From positions 446 to 64,445 of the forward strand of contig JAAYRQ010000032.1 in NCBI GenBank assembly GCA_012518685.1: DNA of 64,000 nucleotides. The letters run 5' to 3'. Made by a program: the position numbers and the translations under genes. Under the pieces are notes generated by a model that worked only from the letters and a program-made list of their open reading frames with translations, was not told the DNA's origin and ran no database searches. The stretch comes from Syntrophomonadaceae bacterium. Lineage in GTDB: Bacteria > Bacillota > Syntrophomonadia > Syntrophomonadales > Syntrophomonadaceae. The stretch's first letter is position 1; the number at the start of each line of letters is the position of its first letter. Positions 41,760-47,843 of this stretch are shown piece after piece.

Positions 41760-41825
41760 TTATTGAATTAAACACTGATTCGCTTTGCGAATACACAGAT
41801 ATTTTGGATTTTCACGGATTTTTTA
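41760..41825 (-). repeat. GxxExxY-cassette flanking repeat, copy A (inverted relative to copies B and C)
   Basis: The reverse complement reads AAAAAATCCGTGAAAATCCAAAATATCTGTGTA[ttcgcaaagcgaa]TCAGTGTTTAATTCAA. It starts 1 nt after the flgK stop and carries an extra 6-bp-stem palindrome (41778-41792). Confidence 0.75.
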
Positions 41826-41847
41826 AACTGATTCGGTGACAGTACAA

Positions 41848-41874
41848 TTGATGAAATGATAGGTAAGGTATAAT
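41848..41874 (+). promoter_or_regulatory. Possible own promoter of the GxxExxY gene
   Basis: TTGATG (41848-41853), a rather short 15-nt spacer, then TATAAT (41869-41874). Confidence 0.35.
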
Positions 41875-41890
41875 TTTGGGGATTTATGTT

Positions 41891-42262
41891 ATGGATGAAA
41901 GATTTCTATATGGAGATATTACCGATAAAATTATAGGAAGTGCGTATAAGGTATATAACACACTAGGAACAGGCTTTTTAGAAAAGGTATATGAAAATGC
42001 TTTAAAACATGAATTAGAGAAAAACGGTTTAAAGGTTATGCAACAGTATCCTATAAAAGTCTATTATGAAGAGAAAGTAGTAGGGGAATATTTTGCAGAT
42101 TTACTTGTAGAAGACAAAGTCATTGTAGAATTAAAGGTTGCTAGTGCAATTAATACGATACACGAGGTACAAATTATTAATTATTTAAAGGCGACCAAAA
42201 TAAGAGTGGGGTTACTAATTAACTTTGGTAATGAGATAAAGATAAAAAGAAAAATTGTATAA
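41891..42262 (+). CDS. GxxExxY family protein (PD-(D/E)XK nuclease-fold superfamily)
   Basis: 123 aa with the eponymous motif GFLEKVYENAL near the N-terminus, then a D...ELK core (ADLLVEDKVIVELKV) and the C-terminal INFG motif. ATG 41891 lies 8 nt after TGGGGA. Confidence 0.85.
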   Translation: MDERFLYGDITDKIIGSAYKVYNTLGTGFLEKVYENALKHELEKNGLKVMQQYPIKVYYEEKVVGEYFADLLVEDKVIVELKVASAINTIHEVQIINYLKATKIRVGLLINFGNEIKIKRKIV

Positions 42263-42306
42263 ATTCTAATTGAAAAAAGCACCCGAAGGGTGTTGAAAAT
42301 AATAAA

Positions 42307-42359
42307 GAAAAATCTGTGTAAATCCGAACCATCCGTGAAAATCTGTGTTGAATTAAAAA
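42307..42359 (+). repeat. GxxExxY-cassette flanking repeat, copy B
   Basis: AAAAATCTGTGTAAATCCGAACCATCCGTGAAAATCTGTGTTGAATTAAAAA: four ATCYG(T/A) units phased at about 10 bp. It ends 8 nt before the flgL RBS. Confidence 0.75.
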
Positions 42360-42377
42360 CATTTGGAGGTAGAAGCA

Positions 42378-43316
42378 ATGATTAGAGTTACCAACACCAT
42401 GCTAGTAAACGAACTTACTCGCAACTTAAATACCAATATGCGGCTAATGGAAAAATACCATCGCCAATTAGAAACAGGCCGCAAAATAAATAGACCTTCA
42501 GATGATCCAGCAGGCTTAGTAAAATCTTTGCGTCTAAGGACTAGCCTTACCGAGGGACAGCAATATATAGGCAACATCCACGAAGCGATTAACTTTATGG
42601 AAACCACCGATGCAGCATTTGATAATATAGGTAGTATTATTCATAGAATAAGGGTATTAACAGTTAATGCCGCTAATACAGGGGTAAATGATGCAGGAGC
42701 CTTAAATGCTATTGCCGATGAAATAGAAGAATTAAATGACCAATTAAAAATGATAGCCAATACGACCTATGGCTCAAAACATGTATTTGCAGGCACTAAT
42801 ATTACTGAACAACCCTTTAGGGGAGGAACTCCACCAGACCATTGGGCTGGTAATAATAATAACCTAGAATTAGAGATAGCGATAGGAGTTAAGATGCCAA
42901 TCAACCTAACTGATGAGGCGATGAATAATTTTTTTACAAAATATGATGATATAGATGGGAACTCTATTGATGGAGGAATATTTGCCCTAGTTGAGAAAAT
43001 CGGACAGGATATAAGGGCTGTTGCAGATGGTGATACAAGTATAAGTATAGGAGAGAATCTAACCCTGCTAGATAGCAAAATGGAAGACCTACTTTCAGCC
43101 CGTTCAGCAATTGGGGCGAAGATAAACCGCCTAGAACTACAGTTAAATAGGCTAGAATCAACCCAAATATCCTATACGGAATTACTATCGAAAAACGAAG
43201 ATGCTGACCAGGCTGAAGTAATAATGTATCTAAAAATACAAGAAACTGTCTATAGAGCTTCACTAGCGGCAGGGGCCAGAATAATCCAACCTAGCCTAAT
43301 AGATTTTATTAGATAG
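42378..43316 (+). CDS. flgL: Flagellar hook-associated protein 3 FlgL
   Basis: N-terminus MIRVTNTMLVNE...LETGRKINRPSDDPAG and a flagellin-like C-terminus. ATG 42378 lies 7 nt after GGAGG. Confidence 0.93.
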   Translation: MIRVTNTMLVNELTRNLNTNMRLMEKYHRQLETGRKINRPSDDPAGLVKSLRLRTSLTEGQQYIGNIHEAINFMETTDAAFDNIGSIIHRIRVLTVNAANTGVNDAGALNAIADEIEELNDQLKMIANTTYGSKHVFAGTNITEQPFRGGTPPDHWAGNNNNLELEIAIGVKMPINLTDEAMNNFFTKYDDIDGNSIDGGIFALVEKIGQDIRAVADGDTSISIGENLTLLDSKMEDLLSARSAIGAKINRLELQLNRLESTQISYTELLSKNEDADQAEVIMYLKIQETVYRASLAAGARIIQPSLIDFIR

Positions 43317-43382
43317 CTGGGATGAATAGATACTGATTTCTTTATTAATAAATCGGTGTCTATTAAAAAAGGGGGCCAAAAG

Positions 43383-43940
43383 ATGTTACAAATTCGCATA
43401 GACCAGCAATTCGCCCAGATAGGGCTAAACATACAAAAATCCTTTTTAGGTTTGAGGACGACCCAGCCCCAAATAGAACTAGATATAAAAAAGCCCGAAC
43501 TTAAGATACATTCACCTAGACCCAAGGTATATATAGACCAGAGGCAGTGTTTTGCCGATATGGACAGGAGGGCTCCAGATGCCTTCGGGGAATACAATGT
43601 CCAATTTGCACGCAGGGAGGCCTTTGAAGCTATAGGGGAAATAGCAGCTGAAGGAGACATACTAGCCCAGATAGAAAATGGGGCAACTATAGAGGATATA
43701 GCAGGACGGGCTATGGATAGGGATATAGACTATAATGTTACAGCGATTCCCAAACAGCCGCCTAAGATAGAAGCTGATGTAAGACCCGTAGAAATAGAAC
43801 TGATAAGGGGAAGAGTTGACTTACAATTACAGCGAGGTCGGGTAGAAAACTTATTTGAATGGGGTAAGGTTAATGTATATATAGAACAGAAAAACTATCT
43901 TAACATCAGCTGGGAAGAAATGGTGAATGTGAAAGGTTAG
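43383..43940 (+). CDS. DUF6470/YviE-like protein of the late flagellar operon
   Basis: 185 aa in the conserved slot between flgL and fliW. ATG 43383 follows AAGGGGG. The family name rests on synteny and recollection. Confidence 0.6.
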   Translation: MLQIRIDQQFAQIGLNIQKSFLGLRTTQPQIELDIKKPELKIHSPRPKVYIDQRQCFADMDRRAPDAFGEYNVQFARREAFEAIGEIAAEGDILAQIENGATIEDIAGRAMDRDIDYNVTAIPKQPPKIEADVRPVEIELIRGRVDLQLQRGRVENLFEWGKVNVYIEQKNYLNISWEEMVNVKG

Positions 43941-44031
43941 AAGTAAGAGGGTGGGGCGAATTCACAAGCATAATCGCCGAAATAAAAAACGGTTCAAATT
44001 CATTTGAAACAATAATTAAAAAACAAAAAAT

Positions 44032-44081
44032 AAATCCGTGTAAATCCAAAACATCTGTAAAAATCAGTGTTGAATTAAAAA
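44032..44081 (+). repeat. Solo copy (C) of the GxxExxY-associated repeat
   Basis: AAATCCGTGTAAATCCAAAACATCTGTAAAAATCAGTGTTGAATTAAAAA directly abuts the fliW RBS (AGGAGG 44081-44086). No GxxExxY ORF is attached. Confidence 0.75.
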
Positions 44082-44091
44082 GGAGGCACTC

Positions 44092-44565
44092 ATGCAAATC
44101 CAGACCGCCCTACTAGGCGAACTTAATATAGAAAAAACAGATATAATCGCTTTCCCCGAGGCTATTCCAGGCTTTCCCGAGGAAAAAGAATTTATCTTAA
44201 TCCCCTTAGATGAAGAGAGTCCCTTTTACTATTTACAATCGGTAAAAACTAAGGAATTATGCTTAATCATCGCTAATCCCTTTATATTCTTTCCTAGTTA
44301 TGAGATAAAACTCGAGACAGAAGTTATAACTAAGTTAGAAATAGAGCAGAAACAGCCTAATATAGCCATATATACCATTCTAACTATTCCAGAAGATTTT
44401 AAAAAGGCTACAGCTAACTTATTAGCACCTATAATAATTAATATAAATACTAAAAAAGGACTTCAGTTTATTAGCCAAAATAACGATTATAATACTAAGC
44501 ACTTTATTTTCCCACAACAAAATAATAGTGAGGACATAAAGCCTGCTACCAGAGAGGAGTTGTAA
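44092..44565 (+). CDS. fliW: Flagellar assembly factor FliW
   Basis: Motif FPEAIPGFPEEKEFILIPL...SPFYYLQS, and the gene lies directly upstream of csrA. Confidence 0.93.
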   Translation: MQIQTALLGELNIEKTDIIAFPEAIPGFPEEKEFILIPLDEESPFYYLQSVKTKELCLIIANPFIFFPSYEIKLETEVITKLEIEQKQPNIAIYTILTIPEDFKKATANLLAPIIININTKKGLQFISQNNDYNTKHFIFPQQNNSEDIKPATREEL

Positions 44566-44569
44566 GCCT

Positions 44570-44815
44570 ATGCTGGTATTAAGCAGGAGGAAAAACGAAA
44601 GTATAGTTATCGGGGAGAACATAGAAATAACGGTTATAGAAATACAAGGAGACCTTATTAAGCTAGGTATCGATGCTCCCCAGGAAGTCAGTATTTACCG
44701 CAAAGAATTGTGGCTAGATATTAAAAAGGCTAATGAAGAAGCTACCCAGGCAACTGCGAAATTAGGTGATAAGCTTAAGATGTTAAAAGCTTATAAAGCA
44801 GATAAAAAGGAGTAA
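44570..44815 (+). CDS. csrA: Carbon storage regulator CsrA (FliW-partnered type with C-terminal extension)
   Basis: MLVLSRRKNESIVIGENIEITVIEIQGD.IKLGIDAPQEVSIYRKE. Confidence 0.96.
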   Translation: MLVLSRRKNESIVIGENIEITVIEIQGDLIKLGIDAPQEVSIYRKELWLDIKKANEEATQATAKLGDKLKMLKAYKADKKE

Positions 44816-44839
44816 AATTACGCAAGGAGGCGACAAATT

Positions 44840-46300
44840 ATGTACGGAATTAGCAATATTCGTTTCGGCGGTATAGCAAGTGGATTAGACACTGATGGCA
44901 TCGTAAAAAAATTAATGCAAGTCGAACAAATGAAAATCGATCGATTTCAGCAACAAAAAACTCTATTAGAGTGGAAAAGAGCTGATTATCGCTCCATTAA
45001 TAACCAGTTAAGAACCTTTAGAGAAGGTGCCAGTTGGAATCTTAGTATGGAAAAAACCTTTATGTCCAAAATGGCTACCACTACTAATGATAGTTTCTTT
45101 AATGTGACAGCTACCAATAATGCAGCAGCAGGTAATTATAGCTTTGAAGTAAAACAACTAGCAGAAGGGGTAACAGTAGCAGGGGATTTAACTGGCAAGA
45201 GCGTTGAGGACTTTTTTACTGAGAATAATATAGAGGAAGTTACCTTTGCTATTAATGGTCAGGATGTAACAATTAGTAAAGGCGATGATTATACAGATAT
45301 AGTTGATAAAATAAATGCCTTAAGTGCAGAAACGGGAGTTAGAGCCATTTACGAAGGAAGTATGGAGCGTTTCTTTTTATTCACAGAAGCAACAGGTGTA
45401 GGGGCTAAAATAGAAATAACGGATAATAACAGTTTTACAAATCAAGTATTAGGACTAGAAGAAAGTGTAAACCAAACGGGTAAAAATGCTATAATGGCCT
45501 TTAATGGCATTGACTTGGAATTTACTTCAAACAGTTTTGAATTTATAGGTTTGAACTTCGACTTGAAAAAGGCAGCCCTAGGCGAAATCGTTAATGTGCA
45601 AGTAAGCAATAATGTTGACCAGATAGTTGATGAGATAAAAGCCTTTGTAGAGACCTATAATAATATAATAGATGACCTAGGTACTAAACTATCCGAAAAA
45701 CGCTATCGGGATTTTCCTCCATTGACAGAAGAACAAAAGGCAGATATGAAGGAAAAGGATATTGAAGCTTGGGAAGAAAAAGCTCGTAGTGGTCTATTTA
45801 GGACAGATCCCTTATTAAGTAATATTGCCTCAGATATGCGAATGACAGTAGGTAACGCGGTTACAGGATTGGAAGGGAAGTATAAGACTCTATCATCTAT
45901 CGGTATTACTACTTCCCCAGATTGGAAGGATAATGGTAAGTTATATATCGATGAAGATAAGTTAAGGGCAGCCCTAGCAGAGGATCCAGATGGGGTAGCT
46001 AAAATATTTAATAATGATGAAGCCAACAGCCAAGGTATAGCCAAGCAGTTAAACAGTAAAATAACTGGCTATTTTGAAAAAATAGCTACTACTGCAGGAA
46101 GGGCTACAGATATTTATGATGAAAGCTATTTAGGCAAAGAAATAATGAACATGGATGAGCGTATCGACACCATGCAGTTAAGGATGCAGATGTTAGAGGA
46201 AAAATACTGGCGGCAATTCGCTGCCATGGAAACAGCCCTGCAACAAATGCAATCCCAAGGTGACTGGATTGCAGCCCAATTGGGTGTAGGTCTGGCCTAA
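44840..46300 (+). CDS. fliD: Flagellar filament cap protein FliD
   Basis: N-terminal GGIASGLDTDGIVKKLMQVEQ, central cap domains and C-terminal MEEKYWRQFAAMETALQQMQSQ. Confidence 0.94.
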   Translation: MYGISNIRFGGIASGLDTDGIVKKLMQVEQMKIDRFQQQKTLLEWKRADYRSINNQLRTFREGASWNLSMEKTFMSKMATTTNDSFFNVTATNNAAAGNYSFEVKQLAEGVTVAGDLTGKSVEDFFTENNIEEVTFAINGQDVTISKGDDYTDIVDKINALSAETGVRAIYEGSMERFFLFTEATGVGAKIEITDNNSFTNQVLGLEESVNQTGKNAIMAFNGIDLEFTSNSFEFIGLNFDLKKAALGEIVNVQVSNNVDQIVDEIKAFVETYNNIIDDLGTKLSEKRYRDFPPLTEEQKADMKEKDIEAWEEKARSGLFRTDPLLSNIASDMRMTVGNAVTGLEGKYKTLSSIGITTSPDWKDNGKLYIDEDKLRAALAEDPDGVAKIFNNDEANSQGIAKQLNSKITGYFEKIATTAGRATDIYDESYLGKEIMNMDERIDTMQLRMQMLEEKYWRQFAAMETALQQMQSQGDWIAAQLGVGLA

Positions 46301-46330
46301 ATAACATAAAAACAAATTTCAAAAACCACC

Positions 46331-46353
46331 TAGCGGCGAAAACTTCGCCGCTA
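46331..46353 (+). terminator. Terminator-like hairpin after fliD
   Basis: TAGCGGCGAAAACTTCGCCGCTA is a perfect 9-bp stem. The following T-run is weak (AATTTAT). Confidence 0.5.
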
Positions 46354-46395
46354 AATTTATGCCATAACCCCCATCCTAACACCCCCCCCCTCCCT

Positions 46396-46560
46396 GTCAT
46401 TCTGACACTCGAAAGAGTGGAAGAATCTTAAAACCTATGCCTAAGGGTCAAGATCCTTCACTCCGTTCAGGATGACAATCAATCTAACTAAGCCCAGCCC
46501 CCCCCATGTCACCCAGAGCTAATCTTTTTTGTGTCATTCTGAGCGATAGCGAAGAATCTT
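46396..46560. repeat. Cluster of three REP-like GTCATYCTGA... elements with two poly-C tracts
   Basis: GTCATTCTGACACTCGAAAGAGTGGAAGAATCT (46396-46428, +). AGATCCTTCACTCCGTTCAGGATGAC (46451-46476, reverse). GTCATTCTGAGCGATAGCGAAGAATCTT (46533-46560, +). C9 at 46382-46390 and C8 at 46498-46505. Confidence 0.7.
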
Positions 46561-46666
46561 AAAAGAACATAAGCAGAGAATAATTAGCACCATCTTTCCT
46601 ACCTTAAATATTTGCCTCACCATAATCAAATGATTATATCCCTTAATAGGGAGTGTGATATCAAAT

Positions 46667-46882
46667 ATGTATAAGATAATTAGGCAACCAAAAGTTTTTA
46701 AGAAACTTGTTTATCAAAATTCTACAGGCAATAAAAGTCTTGATTATATAAAAGCAACTATGCTATATGAAGACCTAGACCTACCTACAGATCTACTAAA
46801 AATAGTTTCTGACAATATCAATGATAAAATTACTAATCAAGAAGCGGGAAGTAAAATCCTAAAAAAATATGGATTAGCATAA
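46667..46882 (+). CDS. VbhA-like Fic antitoxin candidate
   Basis: 71 aa. TMLYED resembles the inhibitory [ST]xxxE[GN] motif but has D at the last position. The tail ITNQEAGSKILKKYGL resembles the VbhA family. The stop TAA lies 1 nt before the fic ATG. Confidence 0.5.
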   Translation: MYKIIRQPKVFKKLVYQNSTGNKSLDYIKATMLYEDLDLPTDLLKIVSDNINDKITNQEAGSKILKKYGLA

Positions 46883-46883
46883 T

Positions 46884-47523
46884 ATGTACACTTCCTCAGA
46901 CAATATATATTGTTATCCTCATACAAACATCTTGAAAAACAAATTTCGCATTATGGATGAAGCCGTCTTAGTTGCCGTTGAAAGGGATCTAACGACTTAA
47001 AGATTGGCGGAATTACTACGAAAACCTATAGATGGGGATTTTAATCTTAAGCATTTACAATTTATTCATAAATTCATATTTCAAGATTTATATATCTGGG
47101 CAGGCAAATTAAGGGAAATAAGGATATCAAAAGGTATTACATTTGCATATCCCGAGTATATAAAAATAGAAACTAATAAACTTTTTAGCTTATTAAAAAA
47201 AAGAAAACTATTTAAGAGGAATGCCACTTGATGAATTATGTGAAAGGCTTGCATACTATAAAGCAGAGTTAAATATGATACATCCTTTTAGAGATGGTAA
47301 TGGAAGGACTATTCGGGAATTTATTCGCTAGCTAGTTAATTTTAATAACTATGAAATATTATTCCCAATAGATAAAACAGAATACCAAGAAGCTATGATG
47401 CAATCGCCATTCGATACAAGTCTTCTGGGAGATTTTTTAAAAGCAATATTCATAAGACATAAAATCACTACACCCACATCCCCCAGCCAACCACACCAGA
47501 TAAACCCCGAAAACCACAGTTAA
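46884..47523 (+). pseudogene. fic: Fic/DOC family (AMPylase) toxin gene, inactivated
   Basis: N-terminus YCYPHTNILKNKFRI and Fic motif HPFRDGNGRTIREF (47281-47322) are present. The frame is broken by an in-frame TAA (46998-47000), a +1 frameshift at an A8 run (47195-47202) and an in-frame TAG (47329-47331). Confidence 0.88.
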
Positions 47524-47560
47524 AACACCCTAATCACCCAGAACCGCCCTACAACAACTT

Positions 47561-47587
47561 TTAACCAAAAGAAAATCTACCCGATAA
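47561..47587 (+). promoter_or_regulatory. Sigma-D (sigma-28)-type promoter of the flagellin gene
   Basis: TTAA-N15-CCCGATAA, compared with the Bacillus consensus TAAA-N15-GCCGATAT. It implies a leader of about 250 nt. Confidence 0.55.
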
Positions 47588-47791
47588 CTAATACTAACAG
47601 CACAAGCTGATATTAAACTCCTAGACGAAAGGGCAAGGAGGTCAATTAGTCGAAAGGTCGATACTAATTAATCCTACTTCCCTATCAACCTCGTAGAGGC
47701 GAAATTACAACCTTAATAGTGAAGCATTAGCGAGACATTGGGAGTGCCCCAGGGTAATCGCCGACAAGGAAAGGTATCACTCGTGCTAACA

Positions 47792-47811
47792 CCTAAGCAA
47801 GGAAGCTAAGG
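47792..47811 (+). promoter_or_regulatory. Candidate CsrA binding hairpin (BS1-like) in the flagellin leader
   Basis: CCTAAGC-AAGGAA-GCTAAGG: a 7-bp stem (one mismatch) presenting GGA in a 6-nt loop, 17 nt upstream of the SD-overlapping CAAGGAGGA. Confidence 0.5.
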
Positions 47812-47828
47812 TGAAAAAAATTAAAATT

Positions 47829-47838
47829 CAAGGAGGAA
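47829..47838 (+). promoter_or_regulatory. Flagellin Shine-Dalgarno overlapping a CsrA-type CAAGGAGGA motif (BS2-like)
   Basis: CAAGGAGGAA lies 5 nt upstream of ATG 47844. Confidence 0.55.
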
Positions 47839-47843
47839 TAATA

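Noticed and set aside
42181-42378. Minus-strand 65-aa ORF sharing FNST.IFTD..DLH.F with the minus-strand ORF at 43906..44097.
   Set aside because: The shared peptide is simply the translation of repeat copies B and C. Both ORFs run antisense across RBS or intergenic sequence and have no start context.
42353-43660. Series of minus-strand ORFs (42353..42607, 42767..43078, 42964..43263, 43250..43660) across flgL and the DUF6470 gene.
   Set aside because: They are antisense to well-supported flagellar genes and their translations lack any motif.
42307-44081. Possibility that the short phased repeats are a CRISPR array.
   Set aside because: The units are about 10 bp with no unique spacers, there are only three dispersed copies (one inverted), and no cas genes are present.
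47004-47231. 75-aa plus-strand ORF listed as a stand-alone gene.
   Set aside because: It is the middle fragment of the disrupted fic gene. It is in frame with the 46884-47000 fragment across a TAA codon, and its continuation carries the HPFxxGNGR motif after a +1 shift.
46355-47810. Possibility of an invertible flagellar switch (phase-variable promoter) upstream of hag.
   Set aside because: The inverted REP-like copies do not bracket the sigma-D-type promoter, and no recombinase gene is nearby. I see no support beyond the presence of repeats.
47594-47843. Possibility of a c-di-GMP (GEMM-I) or other known riboswitch in the flagellin leader. This was prompted by two CGAAAG(G) loops and the precedent of c-di-GMP control of flagellar operons in clostridia.
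   Set aside because: I could not match the conserved GEMM-I core (paired helices with tetraloop/receptor and the conserved GCAAA/ACGCAAAGC segments) or any other riboswitch consensus. The region is kept only as an unexplained structured leader.
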